Shown piece after piece: positions 25,793 to 35,607 of a stretch of DNA of 64,000 bases; within the stretch, counting starts at the first letter, position 1; every line of letters begins with the position of its first letter. Origin of the DNA: Spirochaetales bacterium (GTDB lineage: Bacteria; Spirochaetota; Spirochaetia; JABEVK01); NCBI GenBank assembly GCA_027451945.1, contig DAIDHT010000035.1, forward strand, positions 2,380-66,379, in the 5' to 3' direction. A program made the position numbers and the translations under genes. A model generated the notes under the pieces. It did not search any database, was not told where the DNA came from, and saw only the letters and a list, made by a program, of their open reading frames with translations.

Positions 25793-27916
25793 ATGGATTT
25801 GTTTCGGTCAGCAAAACCTGCATATGAACCACTTGCCAGCCGTATGCGGCCAAGAAACCTCGATGAATTTGTAGGCCAAGAGCATATTTTAGCACCGGGA
25901 CGCCTGTTGAGGCGTGCGATTGAATCCGATCACCTTACCAGCGTTATTTTTTATGGACCGCCGGGAACGGGAAAAACAACCTTAGCACGGTTAATCGCGG
26001 CGAAAACTCAGGGTGCATTTCTTGCCCTCAATGCCGTTTTGACCGGCGTCAAAGAAATCCGTGAGATTTTGGAAGAAGCTCGTCGCGAAAGAGATTTGCG
26101 TGGCCGAAAAACGATTTTGTTTGTGGATGAAGTTCATCGCTGGAACCGCTCACAACAAGATGCCCTTTTACCCTGGGTTGAAAACGGTACCTTTCTCTTG
26201 GTAGGGGCTACAACGGAAAATCCGTTCTTCGAGGTAAATGCTGCTTTAGTTTCACGTTCTCGTATTTTTCAACTAGTGCCATTAGACGAAAAAGGCTTAC
26301 GCGCCATCGTTGATCAAACTTTGACAGATAAAGAAAGAGGTTACGGGCAGTTCAAAGTCACCCTTGAAGACCAGGCGCTGGAACACCTTCTTCGGGTTGC
26401 GGCGGGCGATGCACGAAGTCTCCTCAATGCTTTAGAACTCGCGGTCGAGAGCGCGGTGTCGCCCTTTCCCCCTGAAGTGGGAACACAGATTCCGGTAACC
26501 TTGACGATGGCTGAAGAAAGCTTACAAAAAAAAGTTGTTCTCTACGACAAGGACGGGGATTATCACTTTGATACTATTTCTGCTTTTATTAAATCTCTGC
26601 GAGGAAGTGATCCTGATGCGGCTCTGTATTGGCTAGCTAAAATGGTAGCTGCTGGTGAGGACCCGCAATTTCTGTGGAGACGGATGTTGATCAGTGCCAG
26701 CGAGGATATAGGGTTGGCAGATCCACAGGCGATAGTGATCGTTGAAGCCGCTTACCGGGCTTTTGAAAAAGTGGGGCTTCCCGAAGGGCAATATGCTCTA
26801 GCACAAGCGGCCTTATATTTAGCGGTTTGCCCCAAGAGTAATAGTACGTCTGGGTATTTTGAAGCTCTCAAAAACGTTGAAGCAGAACGCGCCGAGGTAC
26901 CACCAGCTCTGAAAGATGCTAGCCGTGATGGAAAAGGCTTTGGTCACGGGCAGGGCTACCTTTATCCTCATGCTTTTCGCGAGCATTGGGTAGCTCAGCA
27001 CTACTTGCCAGCTTCGCTTTTGGGGCGAGTTTTTTATGAACCTTCTGAGTCTGGCTGGGAACAAAATATCCGTGCTGAGGTCGGGCGACGTCGCGATTTA
27101 CTTCTTGACCTCGAAGTAGTGGATTCTGAGAATTTGACTTTTTCAGGAGCTTCTTTGAACCCCTGGATTAAGCGATCACAGTCGGCCCCACACCGAGCCG
27201 AAGAAATTCTTTTGGCAAAAGTCTTTGAAGGCTTAGCCCTTCGTCGTCACGATCGACTTTGGATCGCCGAAGACAAGGGTTTTTTGCTCACCAGAGAGGC
27301 CCTTGCGCGAGTCCCTGAGGGTGGAGTGTGGGTAAGCCGACCAACCGGGACGCAAACCCAGGGAGCTCCGATACCTCCCGGAGCTGTAGTCTTTGAAGGA
27401 GGATCTCGTGTTCCTGATCCGAAGTGGCTATCCTCGGGCATTCGCTTTGAAGCGATTTTGTTTTGGGCCTGGCCGCCTGAACAGAAAGAGCCAGCATCAC
27501 AGACCTTCGAGACAACACTTTCGGCTCTGTTATCAGAACAAGGAGAGCTAGTATGGTTGTTTGCCTTGCGGGATAAAGGACCGCGACTTTTAGATTTTCT
27601 TAAAGAGAGCGTCTTTACGCCTGAGGAATGGGCTACTTTACGCCGTCTCGAGGCTGAGTTTCTCAGTTTAGGGACTCAACCGCTTCCTGCAGAGGCTTTG
27701 ATCATAACAGCCGGGGAACAACGGATCTTGGACGAAGCAACGTGGGGACGGTGGTGGGCAACAGAGCGAGCTCAGGGGTGGGGAGCCTTTCTTAAAAGCA
27801 AAGGAGTCACAGAGGACTGTTTGCAAAAAGCTGTTGCCGGTAGGCCTCGGCACGAGGTTTCTTGGGAACGGTCTTGGGGATTACTGAGAGTAAGTTCAGC
27901 TGCTTTTTTACGCTAA
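25793..27916 (+). CDS. rarA: replication-associated recombination protein RarA/MgsA fused to a ~270-aa C-terminal domain of unknown function
   Basis: GPPGTGKTT (Walker A), [10 protein letters not shown] (Walker B), and the MgsA C-terminal region ...LYPHAF.EHWV.Q.YLP. Total length 707 aa versus about 440 aa for canonical RarA. Confidence 0.88.
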   Translation: MDLFRSAKPAYEPLASRMRPRNLDEFVGQEHILAPGRLLRRAIESDHLTSVIFYGPPGTGKTTLARLIAAKTQGAFLALNAVLTGVKEIREILEEARRERDLRGRKTILFVDEVHRWNRSQQDALLPWVENGTFLLVGATTENPFFEVNAALVSRSRIFQLVPLDEKGLRAIVDQTLTDKERGYGQFKVTLEDQALEHLLRVAAGDARSLLNALELAVESAVSPFPPEVGTQIPVTLTMAEESLQKKVVLYDKDGDYHFDTISAFIKSLRGSDPDAALYWLAKMVAAGEDPQFLWRRMLISASEDIGLADPQAIVIVEAAYRAFEKVGLPEGQYALAQAALYLAVCPKSNSTSGYFEALKNVEAERAEVPPALKDASRDGKGFGHGQGYLYPHAFREHWVAQHYLPASLLGRVFYEPSESGWEQNIRAEVGRRRDLLLDLEVVDSENLTFSGASLNPWIKRSQSAPHRAEEILLAKVFEGLALRRHDRLWIAEDKGFLLTREALARVPEGGVWVSRPTGTQTQGAPIPPGAVVFEGGSRVPDPKWLSSGIRFEAILFWAWPPEQKEPASQTFETTLSALLSEQGELVWLFALRDKGPRLLDFLKESVFTPEEWATLRRLEAEFLSLGTQPLPAEALIITAGEQRILDEATWGRWWATERAQGWGAFLKSKGVTEDCLQKAVAGRPRHEVSWERSWGLLRVSSAAFLR

Positions 27917-27958
27917 TACTTGAGCCAGACGAGAGATTCCTATAAAATCACTCAGATT

Positions 27959-29257
27959 ATGCGAGTCGCTTTTCAAACATTGGGTTGTCGATTAAATCAA
28001 TTTGAGTCGGATGCCTTAGCGGCACAATTTCTTGCCAAAGGCTGGAAAACGGTAGAGTTTCATGAAGAAGCCGAAGTCTACGTGATCAATACTTGTACCG
28101 TGACAAACAAAAGTGATCGAAAAAGCCGTAATGTCATTCATCATCCCCTACGACGACGTCCTGAATCTTTAGTAGTGGTCACAGGTTGCTACACTGAAAG
28201 CTCGCGAAAAGACTTGGAAAAAGAACCGGGAATTGGGTTAGTCGTACCTAATCAACAAAAGAACATGTTGGTATCGTTAGTAGAAGCCCGCCTTGAGGGC
28301 GAATTGCCGGAGGGCCTACCAGGTGAAGTGCTGCCCCTGAGTTTGGGCAATGTTTTTGACTACCCTGTCCTTCCGCGTGTTTTTCATACAAGAGCTTCAA
28401 TCAAGGTCCAAGATGGTTGCGATAATTTTTGTAACTTTTGTATCATCCCGCAGGTACGCGGCCGGGCACAAAGTCGTCCACTAGGCGAAATTCTTAAGGA
28501 GGCTACCCAGCTGGTAAACAGCGGCGTTAAAGAGCTCGTCCTTACCGGAGTAAATATTGGCCGCTACGATGACGAGGGCAGGCACCTCGATGACGTAATC
28601 CGACAGCTTTTAGCTTTGCCGGGAGACTGGAGATTACGGCTATCTAGCTTAGAACCCGATGGCTTGCCAGAAAATTTCGCTGAGCTATTCTTACATCCGA
28701 AAATGGTGCCCCATTTGCATCTTTGCTTGCAAAGTGCTTCAAATCGCGTTCTTTTGGCAATGCGGCGGCAGTATACCTATGAAGACTATCGCCATTTGGT
28801 AGATCTCTTGCGCGACAAAGTCCCCGGTTTTCACTTCACTACGGACCTTATTGTTGGTTTTCCCGGCGAAACCGAAGACGAGTTTCGACAAACGTGTCAG
28901 TCGATTCACGACCTTCAATTCTCACATGCCCACGTATTCAAATATTCACGACGTTCGGGAACGCGAGCCGACCGTATGGATGAGCAAATTCCTGAAACGA
29001 TTAAGGCCGAAAGAAGTCGGATTCTTCACGAGAAAGTCGAAGAGCAAAAGTTGGCCATAATGAATAGTTGGGTAGGAAAAACTCAGAGGGTACTTATTGA
29101 AAAGTTTTCTTCCGGGCCGTCACGCGGTTGGGGGGAACACTATCTTCCTGTGGTTTTAGAATCTGAGGCCGTTCGAAACGAGTTTGTAACGACCAGAATT
29201 TCTGGGGTAAAGCGTCTTGACGGCGACCTCGTTCTAACAGGAATCCCGTTACGATAA
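27959..29257 (+). CDS. mtaB: tRNA t6A37 methylthiotransferase MtaB (MiaB-like)
   Basis: MRVAFQTLGCRLNQFESD and radical SAM motif GCDNFCNFCIIPQVRGR. ATG 27959 is preferred over the ORF-track TTG 27920. Confidence 0.85.
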   Translation: MRVAFQTLGCRLNQFESDALAAQFLAKGWKTVEFHEEAEVYVINTCTVTNKSDRKSRNVIHHPLRRRPESLVVVTGCYTESSRKDLEKEPGIGLVVPNQQKNMLVSLVEARLEGELPEGLPGEVLPLSLGNVFDYPVLPRVFHTRASIKVQDGCDNFCNFCIIPQVRGRAQSRPLGEILKEATQLVNSGVKELVLTGVNIGRYDDEGRHLDDVIRQLLALPGDWRLRLSSLEPDGLPENFAELFLHPKMVPHLHLCLQSASNRVLLAMRRQYTYEDYRHLVDLLRDKVPGFHFTTDLIVGFPGETEDEFRQTCQSIHDLQFSHAHVFKYSRRSGTRADRMDEQIPETIKAERSRILHEKVEEQKLAIMNSWVGKTQRVLIEKFSSGPSRGWGEHYLPVVLESEAVRNEFVTTRISGVKRLDGDLVLTGIPLR

Positions 29258-30694
29258 CTTCCCAGCGAAGATTTTCGGAAAGTCTTTAAGAAAAGCCAAG
29301 TAATCAGGGTAGGGGAGCGGCTTGCTAAAAAAATAGCCCTGAAACGTATCACAGCCACGCTCATACAGCCATTCAATTTGTTCACGGGTCTCTGTCCCTT
29401 CAACGATAATGCCCAAGTTGAGATCTTTTGCTAGGGTTATGATGGCTTTTGTTAGAGCTTGATCATTAGGACGTCGGGTAACCTCGTCTACGAACGATTT
29501 ATCAATTTTTACGACATCGATGGGAAGATCTTTTAAGTAACTGAGAGAGGAATAGCCTGTCCCAAAATCATCAATAAGAATTCGGTATCCTGCCGCACGG
29601 AGTTCTTTCATTTTTTCAATGATTTCTTGAAAGTTTCTCATTAAACCGCTTTCGGTAAGTTCAATTTTTAATAGGCTGGGGTTCAGACCTCTCCGTTTGA
29701 CGATGTCTTGGACCATCCCCGTGATATCTTCATGCTGGAACTGAATACTTGAAAAATTCACGCTGAGCGTTTGGTGTTGGTGTCCTGTTGCTTGTAAATC
29801 CATTAAATAGGCCAACGAGGAATGCAGAATCCAGTGACCTAGAGGAATAATCAACCCAGTCTCTTCGGCGATGGGGATAAAACTGGAGGGCGGGATGTAT
29901 CCTTTCGTGGGGTGTTTCCAACGAATGAGGGTTTCGGCACCTTGAACGGCCCCTTTCCACCCTTGAGGTGTCCGCGTGATTTTTACTTGGGGGTGAAAAA
30001 AAAGCTCCAGTTGGGGTTTTTCATCTAAAGAAGCCTGAGACTCTAAGGCCAAGAGTAAACCGTTTTGAATTTCTGCTCGATCAACAATGCTGTCCTTGAG
30101 TTCTGGAGAGAAAATTTTGTAGGGCACTTTTTCTTTGATCGCTTCAGAAAGGGCGATATCCGCATTTCGTAAAAGAGTTGCTTTCTTTTTGCCATGTTCA
30201 GGATACAAGGCGATTCCTAAGTTGACGCCCAAAGAAATTGTACTCCCTGCCATGGCATGGGTTTTCTCGACGGATTCGACGACTTGATGGGCAAATTGCT
30301 CCAACGAGCCTTCCAGGGTGTTCAATTTGAGCAAAATAAAAAACTCATCCTCGTGGGTGTGAAAGGTAAAGCCGTCGTTACCCACCATTTTTTGCAAGCG
30401 TAACGAAGTTTGGTACAAAATCCATTCGGGAATGTTGGTGTTAAATGTTCGTTTTAAAATTCCATAGTTTTCATTCAAGGCCACAAACATGACTGCCTTT
30501 GGTAAGTCGTCGGCTTCAAGTAAGTCATTGAGCTGTTGATGTAAAACCAACGAATTGGGTAGACCCGTCTCAGAACTGGTGGTCAGCTGGCTGAGAAGTT
30601 TGGCATTTTTTCTCCTTTCCAGCAGTAACTCATCTTGGGCTTCTTGAAGGAGTTTTTTATAATTGTAGCGTTCAGATTCAGCAAGAAGCCCCAC
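29249..30694 (-). CDS. degenerate-GGDEF / EAL domain protein (probable c-di-GMP phosphodiesterase)
   Basis: The GGDEF position reads HEDEF (30341-30355). EAL domain motifs ETLIRW, ELTE, DDFGTGYSSL, KIDKSF, EGTE and QGYFFSKP are intact. Confidence 0.85.
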   Translation of the reverse strand: MGLLAESERYNYKKLLQEAQDELLLERRKNAKLLSQLTTSSETGLPNSLVLHQQLNDLLEADDLPKAVMFVALNENYGILKRTFNTNIPEWILYQTSLRLQKMVGNDGFTFHTHEDEFFILLKLNTLEGSLEQFAHQVVESVEKTHAMAGSTISLGVNLGIALYPEHGKKKATLLRNADIALSEAIKEKVPYKIFSPELKDSIVDRAEIQNGLLLALESQASLDEKPQLELFFHPQVKITRTPQGWKGAVQGAETLIRWKHPTKGYIPPSSFIPIAEETGLIIPLGHWILHSSLAYLMDLQATGHQHQTLSVNFSSIQFQHEDITGMVQDIVKRRGLNPSLLKIELTESGLMRNFQEIIEKMKELRAAGYRILIDDFGTGYSSLSYLKDLPIDVVKIDKSFVDEVTRRPNDQALTKAIITLAKDLNLGIIVEGTETREQIEWLYERGCDTFQGYFFSKPLPYPDYLAFLKDFPKIFAGKLS

Positions 30695-30736
30695 ACCTTT
30701 CCTCTTGATTAAGTCTAAAAAGGTTTAGTGAGGAAT

Positions 30737-31159
30737 TCAAGATGAAGTTTTGCCAACACACTGGGGACAATGCCCTTTATACAACAAATGAGTCTCTTTT
30801 ACCTGAAAACCTTTTAGTTCAGTCGGCAGGGGGGATGCTTTCGCATCGATATCAAAGATCTGCCCACAGCCAGTACAAAAGAAGTGCGCGTGAATGGGAT
30901 CCGAAAGATCGTAGCGAGCCTCGGTTCCCTCAACAGGCACCGGGATGACTAAATGCTTTTCGAGAAAAAGATTAATCGTATTGTAGACAGTTGCTCTTGA
31001 GAGGCTAGGAATGTGGGGATGCAAGTCATCAAAAATTTTACTGACAGAGGGGTGTTCTCGAGAATTTTGCAGGTAATCGAAGATTCGAACCCGTTGAAAG
31101 GACGCTTTAATGCCTTTTTGGCGTAAAAAAATTTCGGGTTGGGTTACAATGGTGCGCAT
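30737..31159 (-). CDS. Fur-family metalloregulator (Fur/PerR type)
   Basis: 140 aa. Winged-helix N-terminus, HAHFFCTGCG and HCPQC (two CxxC pairs). AGAGG Shine-Dalgarno. Confidence 0.88.
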   Translation of the reverse strand: MRTIVTQPEIFLRQKGIKASFQRVRIFDYLQNSREHPSVSKIFDDLHPHIPSLSRATVYNTINLFLEKHLVIPVPVEGTEARYDLSDPIHAHFFCTGCGQIFDIDAKASPLPTELKGFQVKETHLLYKGHCPQCVGKTSS

Positions 31160-31217
31160 GAAAACCTCTTTATTTAAAGAAACACCTTAGTGTACGGATC
31201 GTCAAGGGCAAGGCTCG

Positions 31218-31943
31218 TCAAGAGTGAAAGCCCTGAACTAAACTGGCTCCGGCAATTATATAGCGTAATTCAGTTTGTTTTCCATTCCAACCAGAAGGTT
31301 GTACGACCATAATCATGAGAATGCGATCTTCGTAGGGTGAGGGGGTGAAGCCTAACAACAAGGCGCGTCGCCAAACGCCGTGACGTTCCATAACGACTTT
31401 TGTGCCAAGTCCCCCCCCGTGAAGAACAAGCCGTAAGGTTGTTCCCCACTGCTGGCCTGTTTTGATAAGATCAAGATAAGGCTGAAAAAAGACATCATTT
31501 GAGTCTATCAACGGGAAGGTCCCCATCTGAAAGTTGCAGGGGTGAAGACTCCATTTTTTTCTTAGTGTGCTGATCTGAGCCTCTTGCGAAGTCCACCAAG
31601 ATTTTTGACTACCTGTTCCCCAGCCTGGCAAAGTCAAGGTGTCGACGGGGCGATCATCAATGCAATCCCAGACTTCAAAACGAACTGTCGTTGAAGGATT
31701 GTCGGTTTGGGCGGTCAGGACTTTAGCGTCACGACTCCACGCTAAAAGGTAAAGCTCGGGCCGAGGAAGGGTCAGCCAAACTGGTGAAACTCCTTTTCCT
31801 GTCATGAGAAAATCTAAAAATAAAGGCTTGGGGTAGGCTTGAATAAAGCTGACGTTCAGCACACCAAACAACGATAAAAAGAGAAATAGCAAAAAGCCTT
31901 TTCCCCTGAGCTTGCCTAAGACTCCCTTTGGACGGTAAACCAT
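31218..31943 (-). CDS. hypothetical membrane-anchored protein
   Basis: One N-terminal TM segment (FLLFLFLSLFGVLNV). No motif recognised. ATG 31943 is preferred over TTG 31979 because TATAGT lies 7 nt upstream. Confidence 0.6.
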   Translation of the reverse strand: MVYRPKGVLGKLRGKGFLLFLFLSLFGVLNVSFIQAYPKPLFLDFLMTGKGVSPVWLTLPRPELYLLAWSRDAKVLTAQTDNPSTTVRFEVWDCIDDRPVDTLTLPGWGTGSQKSWWTSQEAQISTLRKKWSLHPCNFQMGTFPLIDSNDVFFQPYLDLIKTGQQWGTTLRLVLHGGGLGTKVVMERHGVWRRALLLGFTPSPYEDRILMIMVVQPSGWNGKQTELRYIIAGASLVQGFHS

Positions 31944-31988
31944 TAGCAGAACTATAGCGTCTTCAACAATTTTCAACAAGGAACGGGC

Positions 31989-32531
31989 ATGGCTTGGGAG
32001 ATTGAATTAAAAGCAAGTTTAGCTTCTCCGAAAGAAGTTGAGGCTTTGTTAACACAGCGGGGGTTCTCGCCCACTCACCTTGAAAAAGAAGATGTCTATT
32101 TTCAAGGCCCTACGCCACTTCGCCTTCGACGGGAAGGCTCACGCTGGACGGTGACTTCAAAGGCTAAAACCGTGATCGACGGTCTCGAAGTGAATCGTGA
32201 GCTTGAATTTGAAATCTCAGACCCTGAGAATTTTTTTCGTTGGGTACAGCTTTTAGGTTTTTCCTTTTGGTATAAGAAAAGCAAACGCGGTCGAGCTTAC
32301 CGCTGGAACGACTTGTTAATAGAGGTAGTTAACGTTGAACCGTTAGGATGGTTTGTCGAAATCGAAAAAATCCTTCCTGATGAGGCCGACCTCTCGGCGC
32401 AACAGAACGCCCGACAGGAAATTCTTACCGTTCTCAATCAGTTACAGGTTCCTCTCGAGAATCTTGAGCCAAAAACCTATGCCGAGCTTTTAGGGGTACG
32501 GCTTGGGGGTAAACCTCTTTCAGAAAGTTAA
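31989..32531 (+). CDS. CYTH-domain protein (CyaB/ThTPase family)
   Basis: N-terminal EIELK (ExExK signature). 180 aa. AAGGA Shine-Dalgarno. Confidence 0.8.
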   Translation: MAWEIELKASLASPKEVEALLTQRGFSPTHLEKEDVYFQGPTPLRLRREGSRWTVTSKAKTVIDGLEVNRELEFEISDPENFFRWVQLLGFSFWYKKSKRGRAYRWNDLLIEVVNVEPLGWFVEIEKILPDEADLSAQQNARQEILTVLNQLQVPLENLEPKTYAELLGVRLGGKPLSES

Positions 32532-34279
32532 CGTTCTCCCAGTAAGAGTTTTAGCTCCTGAATTTCTTGGATCAATTTGGCTCGATCAAGATTCTGAAAA
32601 CGTTTAGGAATCATTTCACGACTGGTACATTCCAAGGCTGCCACGAGATTCTGCAGTTCAATCTCGTGAGGGTAAACGGGGGGGATGAAATCTTTTATGG
32701 TTTCTTCCAGATCATCCTTGGTGATAAAAGTTCGGCCCGCCAACGCCGCTGAAAATTTCGCACGAATGAGAATCGCTTCTAAATCCGCCCCTGAAAATTC
32801 TTGACGAAATTTCTTCAAGAGGTCGCTAATCGAAAAATCACGAATTTTTAGATCGAGCTTTTTGACAAGAGTGTGAAACAAGGCTTCTTTTTCTTCAGGA
32901 GATTCGGGATAAAACAGGGCCAAATGTTCTTCGGCGCGGCCTTGTCGTTTGAGATCGATGGGGATTAAGTCAGGGCGACTGGTAACCAAAAACCATAAAA
33001 TGCGTCCTCGGTTTTCAGTATTTCCCATAAAGTTTGCTAGTTGAGAAAAAATCCGACTTGTTGTGTCAGAGTGCTCCGTGTGAGAGCGAGGGTCTTTCAA
33101 AAGGACATCGGCTTCGTCGATAAGAACCCCAACAGGAGCCATGGCTTGAAAGATCCCAAGAACTTTTTCAAGATTACTTTCTGTGACACCTTGCCAGCGA
33201 CTTTTTAAGTTTTGTAAACGAACAATGGGAATGCCTAGTTCCGCAGCAAAGGCTGAAACGAGAAAAGTTTTTCCTGTTCCTACAGGGCCTGCAATGAGGT
33301 AGCCCATGGGTAAGACATCTAACCGGCCTTGTTTGATGGCCTTTGTAGCCGATTGCAGGCGTCGTTTAACAAATTCGTGACCAGAGACATAGTCCAAATT
33401 GTACGAGCCTTCTAAAAATTCTAACAAACCGCCGGCTTCATTTTCAAGAATCTCTTTCTTTTTTCTTTTGAGATAATCCAGCGAAATGGGCTCACCTTCT
33501 TGGAAACTTTCTGAGGCGATCTGATGCAGATTCATCAGGTTCAACCCCCCCGTCATTTGAGCAACCAAGGAGCAACTTAAGCGACTTTCTAAAAGAAGCT
33601 TGTCCTGCCTTTCGAGAAATTGAAGAAATTTTTCACGGACTTCTGTATCGGGTATGGGTAAAGACACCTTGACCGTTAGCGGAGAAGCAGAAAGTTTTTG
33701 ATTCAACTCGGTCATATTTTCGGTGATAAGAAAAATTGAAACATCCCCTTGCGTAAAAATTGGATCATGAGCCCAGCGGTTCAAGGTAACATAGCAGGTA
33801 CGATCTTCTTCGGTCATTTGGGTCATTTCTGCCGCGGGCAGAAGAGTTTCGGCATAATCGATGATCAAAACGATGCGAAGCTTTTTGGGCAGGTTAAGCA
33901 GAAAGTATTTTTCAAGGTAATGAAATGCCGTAAGGGGATCAGAACTAAAAAACGCTGTACTATCGGCTTCAGGAAAAGTCTGGGTCATGGCATCGAAATA
34001 ATCTTGCCGCATCGAGATGTCATTGAAATTGATACCCGAAGACCGGTCAAAGTAGACGATGATATCGCGATTCGCAAACAGCACGTCACTGACATATTCT
34101 TGAATTCGCGTAAAAACGAATTCGTCTTCTATCAAGCGATGGGGTAAAAAATCCCGGACGTTGCCATGAAGAATGTATAAATTGGTGGTCTTTGAAAGGT
34201 ATTTGTAGGAAAGCTCCTGGGCCCACATCGGGAGAACTTTGATGTATTCCAGGTTTTTGCGAATCAGCTGAGGACTCAT
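32528..34279 (-). CDS. AAA+ ATPase with uncharacterised ~300-aa N-terminal domain
   Basis: GPVGTGKTF (Walker A), VLIDEAD (Walker B), SRPDLIPIDL..GR (sensor/arginine-finger region). Strong GGGAGGGGGA Shine-Dalgarno. Confidence 0.8.
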   Translation of the reverse strand: MSPQLIRKNLEYIKVLPMWAQELSYKYLSKTTNLYILHGNVRDFLPHRLIEDEFVFTRIQEYVSDVLFANRDIIVYFDRSSGINFNDISMRQDYFDAMTQTFPEADSTAFFSSDPLTAFHYLEKYFLLNLPKKLRIVLIIDYAETLLPAAEMTQMTEEDRTCYVTLNRWAHDPIFTQGDVSIFLITENMTELNQKLSASPLTVKVSLPIPDTEVREKFLQFLERQDKLLLESRLSCSLVAQMTGGLNLMNLHQIASESFQEGEPISLDYLKRKKKEILENEAGGLLEFLEGSYNLDYVSGHEFVKRRLQSATKAIKQGRLDVLPMGYLIAGPVGTGKTFLVSAFAAELGIPIVRLQNLKSRWQGVTESNLEKVLGIFQAMAPVGVLIDEADVLLKDPRSHTEHSDTTSRIFSQLANFMGNTENRGRILWFLVTSRPDLIPIDLKRQGRAEEHLALFYPESPEEKEALFHTLVKKLDLKIRDFSISDLLKKFRQEFSGADLEAILIRAKFSAALAGRTFITKDDLEETIKDFIPPVYPHEIELQNLVAALECTSREMIPKRFQNLDRAKLIQEIQELKLLLGER

Positions 34280-34333
34280 TCCCCCTCCCGCACCCTAGTA
34301 TACTGTGATGTCATCGGGGTGTCAGGAGGCTAC

Positions 34334-34933
34334 CTAGTAAGTTTTTGGTCCCATGGCTTCGAATTCTTGTCGAACCTTTTGCAAGTGATCAAGTTGACGT
34401 TGAATAATGGCGTGGTAATTTAAATCGCCGGTTTGGATTCGCCAAGCCTCGTCGCTCCAGAACTGAATGTTGTCAAGTTCAATAAAAGGGTATTTTTTAG
34501 CTTTTTCTGCCCATCGTACGGCATCATCCCAGTAACCAAAAGCAACTTTGTAGACCTTTTCGGCCGTTTTCAGGCTGTCGAGGTTGGCCGCTTTCCAAGG
34601 GTAATTAAAGAAATAGGCATGGTCTTTGTCAAAATCATGCCCAAGTTGCAGGTACTGCTGAATGAGAAGAATATCAACATGCATCATAAAAAGGTCTCGG
34701 TAGAGGGCCCATTGTGTCTTGTTGGTAATTCTTGTTAAGGCATTGAGGGGGTTGGCAAAATCCGCTTTTCTGGCTTGCTCCAGGTACCAAATGTTTTCCA
34801 TGCAGTCGTCGGGGTACTGATACAAGTGTTCATGAAAGAGCTGGTACCACTGTTCTGCATATAAGATCTTATAGGCCAATGCCGGTGTCGCAGAGGCCAA
34901 AACCAAGGCGAAAACCCAAAACAGGCGTTTCAT
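34334..34933 (-). CDS. secreted hypothetical protein
   Basis: Signal peptide MKRLFWVFALVLASATPALA. Helical, Trp/Tyr-rich body. No family recognised. Confidence 0.65.
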   Translation of the reverse strand: MKRLFWVFALVLASATPALAYKILYAEQWYQLFHEHLYQYPDDCMENIWYLEQARKADFANPLNALTRITNKTQWALYRDLFMMHVDILLIQQYLQLGHDFDKDHAYFFNYPWKAANLDSLKTAEKVYKVAFGYWDDAVRWAEKAKKYPFIELDNIQFWSDEAWRIQTGDLNYHAIIQRQLDHLQKVRQEFEAMGPKTY

Positions 34934-34957
34934 TCTTCTCTTATCGGCACACTTTTC

Positions 34958-35587
34958 TTATCGGCAAAGCCGTTCCCAAATTTCTTCGTGAATTTCAGAT
35001 TTTGGTTTTCGGCCATCAATGAGGATAATTTCTGATTCTAGAGACTCTTGTTTAAGTTGCTCCCAGACTCGATGGTATCCTGCCCTAATTCGTTCTTGCA
35101 GGGTTGCTTTTTCAAAGAGTTCTTCAGCCAAGGCCCTTTGGTCGCGTCGAGCGGCTGCCGTTTCTGTGTCGACATCTAAAAAGAAGATCGCTTCCGGTAG
35201 CGGAAAGGGCGCTTGAAGAGACCAAACGTGGTCCCAGGGGAGGTCTAGACTTTGGTAAGCCATTGATGAGAACCAGTAGCGGTCGGTGAGTATTTTTCGA
35301 CCTTCTGTGAGGCGGTGTTGAATCCCTGTTCTCGCAAAAAGGTGCTCTTGGCGATCGGCGGCGAATAACCAAGCCAAGGTTTGGGCAGAACCCTCCAGTT
35401 CATGTCGCAGAAACCTTCTTAAGAGGGTTCCGATGACTCCTGGTGTCGGTTCTGCCTCACAGTCTAACGTGAGGTTTTCTTGTTGAGCCCTTGTCCGACA
35501 GAGTTCCAGCTGGGTTGTGGTTCCCGAACCGTCCATGCCTTCAAGAACGAAAAAGCCTTTCCAAATATCCCTTTTTTTTTCTGTCAT
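34958..35587 (-). CDS. tmk: dTMP (thymidylate) kinase
   Basis: P-loop FFVLEGMDGSGTTTQ and DRY/W motif LTDRYWFSSMAYQ. Confidence 0.88.
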   Translation of the reverse strand: MTEKKRDIWKGFFVLEGMDGSGTTTQLELCRTRAQQENLTLDCEAEPTPGVIGTLLRRFLRHELEGSAQTLAWLFAADRQEHLFARTGIQHRLTEGRKILTDRYWFSSMAYQSLDLPWDHVWSLQAPFPLPEAIFFLDVDTETAAARRDQRALAEELFEKATLQERIRAGYHRVWEQLKQESLESEIILIDGRKPKSEIHEEIWERLCR

Positions 35588-35595
35588 TTTTCTTG

Positions 35596-35601
35596 TATAA
35601 T
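35596..35601 (+). promoter_or_regulatory. consensus -10 element TATAAT, 6 nt upstream of GVG-class start GTG 35608, preceded by a T-run
   Basis: Perfect hexamer with TG immediately upstream. It is the only promoter-like element ahead of the exbB-to-skp gene string. Confidence 0.4.
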
Positions 35602-35607
35602 CTCCTT

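Noticed and set aside
27941-27961. TATAAA/TAAAAT element upstream of mtaB, considered as another leaderless promoter
   Set aside because: The spacing to ATG 27959 is 10-12 nt, not 6-7, so it does not fit the recurrent geometry. mtaB may simply be co-transcribed with rarA.
34939-34966. 11-nt direct repeat TCTTATCGGCA at 34939-34949 and 34956-34966, spanning the tmk stop and the start region of the next gene
   Set aside because: It is a short, single duplication. It most simply reflects a small tandem duplication of the tmk 3' end, and there is no evidence for a regulatory role.
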